A stretch of DNA of 64,000 nucleotides from Perna viridis (GCA_037379345.1 CM074514.1:6696001-6760000); one strand, 5' to 3'. Shown: positions 42,028 to 55,343, counted from the stretch's first letter. Notes: generated from the letters alone by a model not told the origin. Translations and numbers: made by a program.

Positions 42028-45000
42028 ACTTAAACTTCCTTCTCTGAATCTGTGATAGTCCTGTTTGATTCCTTGTTATCAGAGGGACAAGCAGAGGCCC
42101 AGTCTGACCAGTCAAAGGGAGGCTACTCAGAACTGATAGTTTGAATCTCATGGATACAATGTATAATCTCAGAATAGGAAACATTGAATAAATGAATTTG
42201 TGAGAAGTGCATGTTGTCTGCCGTTACCAAGCTCAATGGAGACACAAATCTAATTTATAAACAATTGTTATTTGGTCAGTCTATATAATATGCAGTTAAC
42301 ATCAGAGTTGTTTTATTGCAAATATTAGTGCTATTTAAACACTACTAAGTGCCATGAACTTTGTCATGTGACATTCTATAGTAAACCAATGCATACATAG
42401 TTTGAACATAGCAGCATGAGTCCCATAGTTTTGACGATAGCGGCATGCATTGATGTGTCGTGTTTGAGCTTCCAAGTAGTAATATTTATGCCAAAGACAC
42501 TGAACCCCTTTCCATATTGTGTTCACTGTTTTTATATACATGTACATGTATGTGTCAACCTTAATGAAACTGATAAACCAAAAACTCATGATACTTTCAA
42601 GCACCTCACACCAGAACCTACAAGGCTTTCATTTTGTGAAAATGTTGACTTGGTATTTTTGGGTGAAGTGGTACTGTGGTAATTTATTTTATTTCATTTT
42701 TTTTAAGGGGGGTGGTGGGCCAATCATCCATCTTCAAATTGTTTTTCATACTATTTATCCATCTTGTATACGTACAGCAACTTGTACTTATTTTACTGCA
42801 AACTTCCTCTGAATTTCATTGCATGCATATCAACAAATCATAATGGAATAATAAGCAAACTACATATATATCAACAAATTCTTTACTGTTCAATACAGTA
42901 TTTTATGTGCAACTCGAGTTTAAAAATTCTGATGTAAGGCAGCAGGAAGTATGAAATGTCTCTTTTATTATGTGAGTATATCATACCTGTATAATTATTT
43001 ATATGTTTTGAAGATCATCCAAACTACAGTCAAAAATCTTATAAAGATCAGGATTTTCCTCTTCTTTAAATGGAATATCAATATTTTTCAAATCTTAGTT
43101 TTACTGTTACAATTGTTTTTTTTATGGAGTATTCACTTCTGATATGCCAATTTCTGCTTCTTATTCGAACTCCTTTAAACCAAATTATTGGCTTCATTAC
43201 TTATTGTAAGTTTGTTTGTTATTGAAAACACAATTTTAATTTTGTGGTTTTGAAAAGAAATCAACATTTGTTTTGTTAAAAATTCCATTAACACTTCACA
43301 GATAAAATTACTTCATTTCTCTTTGGAAAGTTTAGTAATACATTGTAACAGTATAAAACTTCCTGAAAAAAAATAGGTACCTAGTAATAACTGTCAGAAC
43401 TGCCATGTACTCTTAAGATATATAGCAGACATTTTTACAGATATATTTGGCTGTAGATATGATCTACCACAGAACACTTAACAATCTCATTGAGTCCATT
43501 ATAGTCATCAGATTGTTATACTGATTTCAACAATATATACATGTATGTCACACCATAAACATTGTACCAAATATTTCATGATAAGTAACGAAAGTTTGTG
43601 TTAAAATTCCTCTTAATATTTGGGGAATTATACTGTGTTCATCTTGTCTGTATGTCTGTTAGTCCATTTGACAAAAAATGTTTTTATCTTCTTTCGTTTT
43701 TATATTTTTTTTTCTCAGTCCTTCAGACATTACCATGTATTTAAACATGAAGATTGTTTGACACAATTTGTGCTGCATTTCAGAATCAGTATCTTGGATT
43801 TTTAAATTATCAAAAATTTGACTTCAATTATTTACCTATAAACAGAATAATAGGTACAAAAAATGTACTGCCTATTTTATTATTGAAATATCTCATATTG
43901 AATATGTCATCTTTTTCATCAGAATATTTTGGATCTAGATATGAAGTATTTTTATTCTATATTGTTCTAAGCTCCCTATTATTTGATATTGGTTTGTAGC
44001 TCAGTCCTTACAAATTGAACCTCTAAAAGACTTTTTTTTTCACTTCTCTCTCCCAGTTTCTTTCTTTTTTCAAAAATTGAATGTTATTAAGTGTTGTACC
44101 TTGATTCGCCAGTTACCAACTTTCTGTTTACCATGAGTCATAAAGAGTGGTGTATCCTGGACATTATTCTTCAAATTCTTGTTATATTTATTTTATATGT
44201 ATAGATTAAGTTGTGCAATGGATTATATATATTTATGATTCATACTTAAAATTAGAGGCGTGTTATGGCACTTTATGAACAATCTCAATAGAAACATTGG
44301 ATTGTAATGAATAGGTCTCTCACAAAGAAGTATCTATTTTGTAATAAGTTCATTTCATTATTAGCCACAAAGTTGTGTTGAGAAGATCAGGATTTTAAAA
44401 AAATATAGTAAAGAGACAATAAAGATAGATTGCTTTCATTTATTAGACTTATGTGAAGTTTGTCATTTTTAAAAGGAATAATGAACATTCATAAAATAGT
44501 TCGTTAAAAGTGTCATAAAATAAAATGCCCAGAAATTGCTAAAATCTACTAAAAATTATTTATAATATGTTATTTACAATTTTAATGGTCTTTATTTCTT
44601 TGTAAGGGTGTAGTTCCTTCCACTATGATTTAAGTGTAAATTTTTATCTATTCTTCCTCTTCCTGTTTGATGAAATTCTATCAATCTTCAAATTTTAGTA
44701 TTTATAAATTAAACAGTAATGGCAAATAAAAACCAAATTTAATTTAAATGTGTACATATATATTATGGAATTAAAAAGCCCCTAAAAGATTTCTGTATAA
44801 ACAATAAACCTTAACTTTTGTCTGTGGATCTACAGGAAAGTTATACAATGAAGGTTGTATTTTGGTGTAATCAATATATATTCTAAAGTATGGTTATAAA
44901 GAAAGTTATAATATATTAATATATTATCTATATTCTCAGAAATCCTTTCTTGTAATGCAAGTCTACCTGCAGTAAGCTTCACAAAAAGTGTTGAAAATGT

Positions 45001-46510
45001 AAAAAGTTATATATTGAAGTTAAAATATTTTTTTCTGTTGTACTACATCAGAATTTACAATAAAGGACTTTTTGTGAAACCTATTTACTTAGGATCATAT
45101 TGAAAATGTGCATTTATTTTATTGTTGATTCTAAAGGAGCAGTGTAAGAATCGAAGGAATATTTTAGTATTATACTCATGAATTTACTAGAAATAACTTA
45201 ATTTGTTGAGGTTTACTCCAATAGTATGACAGTAAGTAAGCTGTGTGGCACACTGGTTGACCATTTCTCATAAAACTGTTTAATATTTGGTATAAAGCTG
45301 CAGATAGACAGTCCTTAAAATTGTTCAATATTTCTGTATACATTTTCTAATCAATAATTTACATAAGCAGGGATTTTTAGGAGTTGTGATGCTATTGAAT
45401 TCAATAATGATTTAAATTTGTGTTGGAAATCTTTGAAAAAGATAGTTTATACCTCATCTGTTGCATTTGTGCTGAAGGTACAAATAGAAGAAATGCACTT
45501 AGTTGAAAGGCAAAAGTTGTGCCCTTGAAAGAAAAAATATACTTTCATAATTGTTCCCACGATGCATTTCTTCATACTGCAGCTACTCTCAAAATGTAAT
45601 CTTTCATTTGTAATATTTGGGTCATGTTTGAGACCACATGTTTACAGCAGCTATCAAAAAGATCTAAATGATTCAACATAATCATATTATAAATTTTAAA
45701 GTAGCAGAGTTCTGATATGCAAAATCAATTTTTAATTTGCTTTTTACAAAAAATAGATGGTTCTCTGTGGTTATAACAGACTAATAGAATAACAAAGGGC
45801 TTAATTGTTTTACTTAATCCCCTGGATACATCAAAGTAACTGGTGTCACAAATAAACTCCAGTAACTTCTAGATAAAGGCAAACAATCAACAGGACAGAC
45901 CATGCCTGTCTGGAATTAACTATAGTAGGTTTAACATATGGGGGGGGGGGGGGGGGCGCTTGGATGACATGATTGATACTAAATGTAAGAGAAAGGTACA
46001 AACTTAATTGGCAGATTTTACATAAATATAATATTTTAACATGGAGAAGCAACACATGACGGCTTTATGTTGGCATTTTGACCTTAGTGACTTAGTACAT
46101 ACATATAGGTACAATATCAATTTATGATTACTGGTACTTATGTTTTGGGTCTATAAAACAAAATAATCCAACTCTATACAACACTAATGGTTGTTCAGCT
46201 ATGTAGAATATTGGCCAGTACATTTTATCTAAGCTGAACCCTAAATCTAGAACAGTTCTGAATCCTAACTCTACACAAACAGATTAACGAACAGAACACA
46301 CATTTCAGTCTGAAATTTAAAGACTAGTTTGGTTGTTATACTATGTAGCCTCTTTTGTTCTATAAATGCTAACATGGTTATTCAAGCCTGATGTTGTATC
46401 ATTACTATAAATCTAGTCACGTGTTATACTCATTTGCACAAATTATCATGATTGTTTATTTCTTTGTAAATATTGTTATAATATGTCAATAAAATATAAC
46501 ATAGACTTCA
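42028..46510 (+). other. Probable long 3'UTR of PDZ-GEF
   Basis: AT-rich and CpG-depleted like the gene body, up to AATAAA at 46488 followed by a GT-rich tract. Confidence 0.5.
46488..46493 (+). terminator. Candidate distal polyadenylation signal
   Basis: AATAAA with downstream gtttgtatgttttt; coincides with the end of CpG depletion. Confidence 0.5.
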
Positions 46511-47612
46511 GTTTGTATGTTTTTGAACAGAAATGAATTATACGCCAAACATAGCAAAAACGTAAATGAATCGAAAGTAGATACTGCAGTACTTACAAAC
46601 TGTATTGGCACATCATATTTATCAACGATACTTACAGATGTTTCATAGTCTTGGGATGGTTTAGTCGTATGGCTAATATCAAGTCTATCTTGGGGTAAAA
46701 TGTTACTGCCAAACACAATTTGTTACATAAAAGAAGCAAAAAGAACTAATTTGACTGAAAGATTGAAGTAATAATTTCAAAACCATACCTAAGTTCCAAA
46801 CATGAAAGTTGGTCGACGAACTTTTTAGCTTATTTTATCATGATATTTGTCGCATATTCAAAGCAAAAAAAAAAATAAACATAAAACTATGATTTCTCTA
46901 AGAAATGTTTTTGTATTTACAATTGTTTTTTACGGACGATTCCGTCAATGTGATATGTAAGAACGAAGTCTTTCGTTGTGAGTTAGAAATGTAAAGTAAA
47001 CAACACTATAGAAGACTGTTATAACAATAGTATCCTTTGACGAAAAAGACAGCAAAATTTCCGAAAACTTGAACTTTTTGTGAAAACTCTTCGTTAGCTT
47101 TGTAAACGCGCACCGGTAGGGTAAGTGTTATCTGCGTTTGGCAAATAAAGCATTTGCAAAGATAGAGAAGTTAAGATTACTATGAAAGCCTTTATTACTT
47201 TTGCAATATCTTGAATATGTGTGAGATATGAAAATTCCACTTTGTAACGAAATGTGGTTGATGAATCATGTCATGTTTTTTGCGTTTTTTTTTCTGCTAT
47301 AAAAGCAGCTTTACATTCGTAAGCGCAGAACAAAATGGGCAATTAGGGTTCAAAGCCTCGAAAAGTGGTGGAAGGAATTTTTATCATTTTCTTACATCTT
47401 GGTGATTTGTGCAACGCTGCTTAATCTCACCAATATGTGTACGTGTTTTCGTTATTGAATTCCGTAATGGTTTTCGAGAACTTTCTAGCGAAAATGTTGA
47501 AAAGTAGGAATTGGCTAACATCAACTTCAGCCTACAGAATCCGAAGCATATTTTCCATATTAGGCACATTTCTATTTTTGTTCATTTTTTTTTCTTAAAG
47601 GGCTGGGCTTAC

Positions 47613-47865
47613 CTTTCTGGGCTGCCGCTTTTCCATTCAAAGTATTATTGCTGTTAGAAAGATTCGTTCGATGACTTCTCACACTTTTCAGTAACTCCAG
47701 TACCCTTGGTTTTTTCGCATTTACGATTTTCAGCACTGCTACTTTTTGTTCCAAAAACTCTATTCTCTCCAACTTCCAGTTGAGGGAGGCACGTGCACTT
47801 TCGTAACTACCATCTGCTTCTAGACACCGTAATGTAAACAATAAAGCAAACATTACATAAAGCAT
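47613..47865 (-). pseudogene. Paralog A' of C1q gene A: exon 1 only, no C1q exon found
   Basis: MLYVMFALLFTLRCLEADGSYESARASL...QKG aligns with gene A exon 1 and keeps the same G|gtaagc donor; no gC1q sequence seen downstream on the minus strand. Confidence 0.7.
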
Positions 47866-48199
47866 GCTTCTGATTTCACTGATTCATCTATCTTTGATCT
47901 AACATTAACTAAAGTGTTGGGATTTAACATATGGTTATTCATATTCTATCTCGCTGACACTATGAATGTGGTGCATCATATGTACCGAGTTCAGTAAATC
48001 AATACTCAGTATTTCATATTTATAGAGTTTGAAAACCTAAGGCAGTCAATTATAGAATTGACCTATGAACGGTAAGTATTTTTACACTCAGTCTTCCTTC
48101 AACTGACCCCGTTAAGACACAACATGTTCAGCGAAATTGGTGTCACACTATTCATCTGTTTTGGAAGTTAACGAAACGTTCAAGGCCTACATCGAAGAG

Positions 48200-50071
48200 A
48201 ATTTACCCTGAAATAGTGTTCAGTGACAAACTTGGTAATACTCCGGAAACAGTAGCTGAAGCTTTCAAGGAATATTTTACAGACTTGTATAGCGAAAGTG
48301 AAAATGAGAACTTTGACGCTGAAAACAAACGTAGGGTAGAAGAGACTTATGAAAACATTCACAAATCTCTAGTGCGTGGTGACACTCTTCCAGGTGGTTC
48401 TATCACAGAGGATGAGGTAGCCAATATAGTTAAAAATCTTAAACGAAGAAAAGCAAGTGGTATTGATCGAATTCGACACGAACATATTTTGTGTGGTGGT
48501 AAAACTATTATTAAATTTCTAACTTGTTTTTTTAATACTATTTTTGAAACCGCTGAACTACCTACAGCTTGGAAGCATGGACTGATTATTCCACTGTATA
48601 AAGGCAACAACAAACCGAAATACTCAAATACTGGGGTTAATAATGTTGTAAGTTGTGCTCCATCATTAGCTGATGATATTGCTTGTATTAGTACAACCCC
48701 CGTTATGTTACAACGTATGCTTGATGTCTGTTATAAGTTCTCACGAATGTGGCGATTTACTATTAACGCACAGAGGTCATACATTGTGATATTTACGCTT
48801 AATCCGACTTCGGCTACACCCAACTTTAACTGGACTATAGGACAGGAGTGTATTCCTATTTCAGACAACTTAACCCATCTTGGTATAATATTAAATGCTT
48901 AATTGAAAGAACTGCTAAAGCCTGTGAAAAAGCAAAGAACTCTTTTTTTGCATTAAATGGAATTTCTTCGGATACAACAAACCCGAGTGTTCTTGTTAAA
49001 TTATATTTCGCTGTCATCCTTCCATCTACATTGTATGGTTGTGAACTTTGGTCCAACCTCAAAGCGCAAGACTTGCATACTCTTAACCTCATAGTCAACA
49101 ACATTCTGAAACTCAAAATTAATTCTCGTTCGGATATGTGCGAAAGTATTCTAGGCTTCCATCCTATCACAAGTGAGATCGATAAACGCAAATTATTCTT
49201 TCGTAAAAAGTTGTGCACTTTGGACAACAAACATTTATCTAAAGCAATCATTGATGGACCCCAGTCGTAAACATCTTGGTTATGTCCCTGATGTAGTAAC
49301 CTTACTTCATAAATATAGTTTACATGAATATTTACTTGGATTTATTCAAGATGGACACTTCCCCTCAAAACAAGAATGGAAAAGAATCATTAAACAGAAC
49401 GTGTCTAACGCACAAGCCCGCGAATGGTCTACTCGCATAAATAACGATAGTGACTTTGTTAAATTTCGCGAAATACATCATACTGTCACATTTGCAAAAT
49501 ATTGGAGAAACTCAAAAACAGTAAATGAAATAAAAAGGTCATACTTTATAACAAAACTAATAACGGGCGTTCCCGGTGGTTCACGAATGATATGTTTAAT
49601 GTGTAATAGACAATACATAGACTTTTTTGCCATATTTCTTGTACGTTCTGCAACCAACGTCTTGAGACAAATCTGGTGGGACTTGATAATCGAAAACTTA
49701 AACCTAGAACGTTTACAGAACTTGACTCGTACTCCCAGGATGACCTTTTTATTATTCTACTTGGGAAAATACCGAACACTATACAAAGCAGCGATGATGA
49801 CACAATCAACTTCACTAAATTGTGCCACGGTCATGTTGTACAATGCGCCGCAGAATACAACCGCCAATTTAGACTTGTTCATTATAACGTTAACGTGGAT
49901 TGTACTAATACAGATATCCCCGATTGAAATGCATGTTTCATGAAATAATTGTAAATATTTTATATCTTTTTCCTTTTTTTACATGTAATAATGTTTTGTT
50001 ACTTGCTATATATATAAACTGTTCATATAACTCATGTATTTGAGGAAATAAAGGTATGAATGAATGAATGA
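48200..50071 (+). mobile_element. 5'-truncated, internally deleted non-LTR retrotransposon (CR1/L2-group LINE)
   Basis: RT motifs ITEDEV..IVKNLKRRKASGID.I, P..WK.G.IIPLYKG, LADDIA, HLGI, LYGCELW spread over frameshifted ORFs; 3' AATAAA plus (TGAA)n tail. Confidence 0.88.
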
Positions 50072-50129
50072 CTAACTACAAACCTTCTCGTGTATTTATA
50101 CGATTTATACAATTTGTTTCGGTCGTATA

Positions 50130-50640
50130 ATGGTTTCACCCTGTCGTCGTCGTCGTTGGCGTCCATTGACTTTAATTTATTTATGATAACTTGGGTAAAA
50201 CGTATCCAATCTGCAATTCAATTTTTTCCACATTGTTCATAGAGACATGGCGCAGGGCCCGATAGCTTTTTTTTTAGTGTTTTTATTGCTGGTCCAATTT
50301 CGAATTTTTATTGATCACTGTCTGCGTTTTTCAATCAGATTTTAGATATCTTTTCCAAATTTGGAGTTATAAGGAGTCAAAGGGGCCACAACCCAGAAGT
50401 CGAATTTTTTACTTTTGGTCTGATTTCGAAATAATTATTTATTGGATTCTTTATGAAAGTTCTTAACTGCGCTTTTCAATCCGATTTCAGAAATTTCTTA
50501 CGGTTTTCGAGTTAAAATGGGTCAAAAGGACCACACCCTAAAAAAATCTACTTTTTATTTTTGGCGGAATACGAAAATTGCCTTTTTACTTGAATTTTAA
50601 GTTTTGTACTATATTGTGTCCGAACCAGATGTTGTGTACA
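50130..50640 (+). mobile_element. Degenerate HINE-like repeat
   Basis: (GTC)n microsatellite followed by diverged tandem core units (tgcg.ttttcaatc.gattt.aga). Confidence 0.45.
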
Positions 50641-51311
50641 TTATGAACTGTAAGTCCATATGTGTAGGTGTGTCAAAACTATATTGTGTCCACACTTACC
50701 CAAAGTGAAGAGAGTTCTACATGCTGTGTATCTATGGTAGAGTGAACTAAAGCTCTTTTAATGTACCCAGATGCCACGAGGGTATTCACCAGCCCAGTAG
50801 TCATACTTTTCTGACCACGAATCATTTCAAATATTTTTTTATCGAAATTAGCGATATTAAAAATTTTAAAATTCATAAAACACCATGGCTTTATTCCTTG
50901 TATCGCACGTGGATTTTACTTTGTATTTCGATACTTATTGTATACATTTTGTGGGGGTATTGACCTTCCTTTATATCTATGTTACTGATGAAAGCTATAG
51001 AATTTGATTACTACTTTTTAAGCTCATACATGTATGTAACCAAAACTAATGGTTTTATTCCAGGCGTCTACAGACGACATTAAAAGATTAAACTATTTTT
51101 CCAATGAATTGCATATAGTTAACCTTTTCTCTGCCTCTGTAAGTTTCTTAGATTGAGCCAAACTTAAGTCTAGATTTTTTTCTTGGACAAGATATATCTG
51201 TCAAAATGGTGAAGTACTGCACTAGGAAATTGATTTCATATGGAAGATTAGAGTCGAGGAAGTGACGTGTATTACATGATGATTGCAAGGAATAGTCGAA
51301 TGTTATTTAAC

Positions 51312-53193
51312 ATGTAGAATTATTATTTCTTACTTTTTTATTTTCAGATTTCACTATGCCTTCAGAAAATTGAACATCAAATCCAAACAATGCTTGATGA
51401 TTTCGAAGTTGAAATGGATACGAGAATAAACGAACTCAACGAAGAAGTTGCCGCATTGCTTTCTGACTACAAATCTTTACGGACAATTCACCGAAACCTA
51501 GAGACAGTAGTAGCAGAGCAACAAGAGCTTACAGTTCTTGACATCAACCCTTCATTTTATAACTATACTGGTGTGACAAAAAAGAGTAAGCAGATATAGA
51601 TATGTCTAGTTAGGACACTTTGCTGGTAAGAATAAAAGAAAGAAAAAGTCTATCAGTTAGTTGTGTTTTTTTTTTACTTCTAACTTTTTGAGTTAACTTT
51701 TTATGCCCCAGTTTAAAGGCGTAAGCCGGGGCATTGTGATTTACCTTTTTTTTCGTTCGTGCGTGTATCCAATTTTTGGTCAACTCAATCTTAATGGGAA
51801 TTGGTTTTAATTTTGCAACACATCTTCTAAATAACCTAGGCTCTGTCGCACAAAATATTCTCATAATAGATTTTTAATAGAAGTAAACAGCAGAAAAATA
51901 TTTCCTTCGTCCACAAATTGTATATTACAATATAATTGAGTGTCAAGTTACATGAGACGACTCATTATCTGATTTACATTAAAAAGTCCATTAAATAGTT
52001 TTTATTATTATTTTTTTTTTCAATATGTCATTTCTATATATATCATCAGCCTCATATCTTGACCTACACTTAGAAATCGATGGTAAAGGAAAACTATTGA
52101 CCAAACTTTACGACAAACGTGATGACTTTTCACTCAGAATTGTTAATTTTCCTTTCATCCCTTCGGCTCCTGCGTATGGAGTGTTCATATCACAACTCAT
52201 ACGTTATGCCAGAGCTTGCCGAAACTACGCAGACCTTTTGTATCGCGATAGAACTCTAACAAATAGGCTTTTGGAACGGGGTTATGTTGCTACAAGATTG
52301 AAGTCATTACTACAGAAGTTTTATGGTCGTCACCATGAACTCGTGGATCGTTATGGTGTATCCATCAGCACCATGAAAACTGATGTATTCAACGGGTCGT
52401 AGTTTTCCTTTTCTCGTTTGTCTACCCCGGACTTGACTTTTTATGAGCAACTCGGCGGGTGTTTCTAGAAAAGCAGAGGACGCTTACCCTACCGGTGCAC
52501 CTGGTCCATGCTCCCAGTTTTTAGTGGAGTCCGAGTTGCTCATTTACTTTTGTTACTTTGTATGTATGATTTTAGTTACTTTATGTTCTTTGTTGTGTAT
52601 GTCTGTTTTCCATGTCTGGTCTTTGTCCCTGGATTACATTCTTTTGATTACCGCTATAACCTTGGTTCCCTTGATTACTCTTTCTATGGATGTTCGATTA
52701 ATGTCTTATTTAAAAATTCTATTAACATAATGTTAAATAATATCATTAAGAACTCATGTGTTTGTTCCAAGCACGTTAGTACTATTCAGAAACTGCAGTG
52801 AAGGAAAGACACCAAAGACAGCCGAATTCGACCAACCTCGCATTTTATGCCTATATGTCAAGTTCTGAGACTAGTCCAGGCCCACACCACACCTTAATAT
52901 TCGATCATTTGATCACTAACCTCGGGAATAACAACAACAGATTCACCGGCGTCTTCAGCGCAAACCAAGCTAAATTGTACGTGTTTTCATACACAATTAC
53001 GCCCGATGCAGGTGCCATAATGCCGGTTGAAATTGTAAAAAATTCAGTCATCATGGGGTCATTATATGTACGCGCCTACTCGTCGTACCAGAGCGCCGCC
53101 TCATCAACAGTTATTATTCAGATGAATGTTGGAGATGTTTATATCCAGGTATATCCATACATACAACATCTTTGCTCCTATTTAGTGTACTGA
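51312..53193 (+). pseudogene. Paralog B' of C1q gene B, exons 51312-51585 and 52790-~53140
   Basis: ATG TAG (codon 2 is CAG in gene B); C1q exon breaks after QMNVGDV and jumps to sequence resembling gene B's 3'UTR near 61050. Confidence 0.85.
52045..52690 (+). mobile_element. Penelope-like retroelement 3' fragment (RT C-terminus and structured 3' region) in the B' intron
   Basis: SYLDL.LEI...L.TKLYDKRDDF...VNFPF...AYGVFISQLIRYARAC...GY...L...KFY; stop at 52402 with no GIY-YIG after it. Confidence 0.75.
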
Positions 53194-53854
53194 CAGAATA
53201 TTCAATATATCTGTAGGCTATTATTATGGTTAGCACTGTTCCTTCCTTTTTGTGTTGATTACGTGTTTTTGTGTTGTGTTTAGATTCTTCTACAATTGTT
53301 GTCTTTTGCTTTTTTTTATATTTTCAGACTGTTTTCACATCTCTCTTCTCGTTTGCAACTTTGTGTTCTATCTCTTCTCGATATAAGATTAGGGTCGACA
53401 CCGTATTTTTCCACTATGATGGTTATCTGTTCTAACAACCATACACTTTCTGACTGAACTATATTTAAACTATATAACACCATCTAAGGGGAAAATGAGT
53501 ATGGCATAGTTTTGAGTGAGTTTGTATTAATGAATTTTGATTTGGTCAAGAATATCCAAATTAAATTGTGAAAGATAATTCCTCATGTTTTCCTCGAATT
53601 TTTTTTTACATTTATAGGGTTAGCTTCATAAGACAACCAAAACCCTTAATACTCATAATGAGTTTTCCATGCAAGACTTGACACACCCTGATTTGCAAAC
53701 AATAAATGGTTGAAGGATTTCGTTACAATGTTATTTAGAGTGTAGTCATATGAATGCGAATAAATATCGACAAAAAATATAGAAGCATAAAGCAACGGAA
53801 GGACCATTGACATCAAAATTCAAGTTCAAGGCCAAAATGTGAAAACAAGAAACA

Positions 53855-54400
53855 GACATACTGTAGACACCAGAATGAAATACAGGAAAAAGGCCAGGCC
53901 AGGCTAATCTACATAGTACACACACACTGTAGACACCAGAATGGAATACAAGAGGCAGAGCTAATCTACATTGTATATCCACACTGTAGACACCAGAATG
54001 CAATACAGGAAACAGGGCTAATCTACATAGTACACAAAACAACAGAATGAAATGTAGGAAACAGACTAATCTACATAGTACACACACACTGTAGACATCA
54101 GAATGAAGTAGGAAGCAGGCCGGGCTACTCTACATTGTATATACACACTAAACACCAGAATGAAATGCAGGAAACAGGGCCAATCTACACAGTACATACA
54201 CACTGTAGATACCAGAATGAAATGTAGGAAGCAGGGCTAATCTACATTACATATACACACTGTAGACACCAGAAAAAAATACAGGAAACGGGGCTAATTA
54301 ATCTACATTGTACATACACACTGTAGACACCAGAATGAAATACAGGAAACAGGCTAATTTACATTGTATATACACACCGTAGGCACCAGAATGAAATACA
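53855..54400. repeat. ~58-60-bp diverged minisatellite, ~9 copies
   Basis: cacactgtagacaccagaatgaaatacaggaaacagggctaatctaca. Confidence 0.9.
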
Positions 54401-55343
54401 ATTACACATGAATGACATGAAATTACAATTTATGTTGATGCACACACACGTCTAACGTTTTCTTCCCTTATGACCAAATTTACGTTGACTGTATTTGGTA
54501 TTGCCCCGTGAAGCGTCTTGATGTCCTTTCATTATATTTCACACACACACACACACACTTTTAAAACTGTGTGTGTAATTTGAATACTTCTATTTTCCAA
54601 GACGTTAAACTACAGTATAGTCTGTAAAAGAACGGAATGCAGAACAGAAAACTACTAGTACATGTATATGTAGGTCGGTTTCCTACCTGGTAGTACTTCA
54701 GTGCTTTGAATAAAGGAAAATATAAATTGCATTGAAAGCCGTGTGGTAATTATTGACTGATTTGATTCAGTATCTCCAGCATAAGAATGGATTTATTTTT
54801 CATACAATACCATTTTTTCTTCTGTATCAGACAACAAAGAGAAATAAACATCTGAAGCACTCCTTAAACACGACTTATACAATGTTGGAGGTCGGCTGAC
54901 AAGTGACATTTTCCCTGATCACTCTTTCCTACTTTTTTAACAATAAAGTATAAGGTTTATCTGTATCTTTATTTGGCTTTTGATTCTTATTTGTAACGTC
55001 TGTCTCTGTTTTCTTTGATTTGTTCGCGACATGAGCTTTGGATAAAGCTGTAATTTATTTCTTACAATGATTTCAAATAAAAACCATCAATCAAATTGAA
55101 AAGAATTAAAATGAATGTTCATTCCTGCATGATAATAGAGACAGAAAGAACGGATATGGTAAAAGCAACAAATGCACTAGCGTATAGCCTAAATATACAA
55201 AATTGTAAAAACTTTTAGCCATAGATCACCAAAAGGTCTTTAACAAGTGTGCGCGTTTAAAAGTTTCGTTTTTGTTATAAGTTATGGAATATAAAAACGC
55301 TAACGTTTAATCGAATCATTAATTTTATTTTTAAATTTCATTT

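Noticed and set aside
536-46055. Most remaining 60-110 aa ORFs in the track
   Set aside because: AT-rich intronic or UTR chance ORFs, or antisense shadows of real exons
46636-46706. Minus-strand exon-like segment as exon 2 of A'
   Set aside because: No C1q similarity in the phase required by A' or in the ORF-track frame
52443-52543. SECIS element or hammerhead ribozyme
   Set aside because: The ATGA is Watson-Crick paired rather than forming a GA quartet, and the hammerhead CUGANGA core is absent
52443-52801. Hydrophobic ORFs 52443-52730 and 52508-52801
   Set aside because: They derive from the T-rich 3' region of the retroelement
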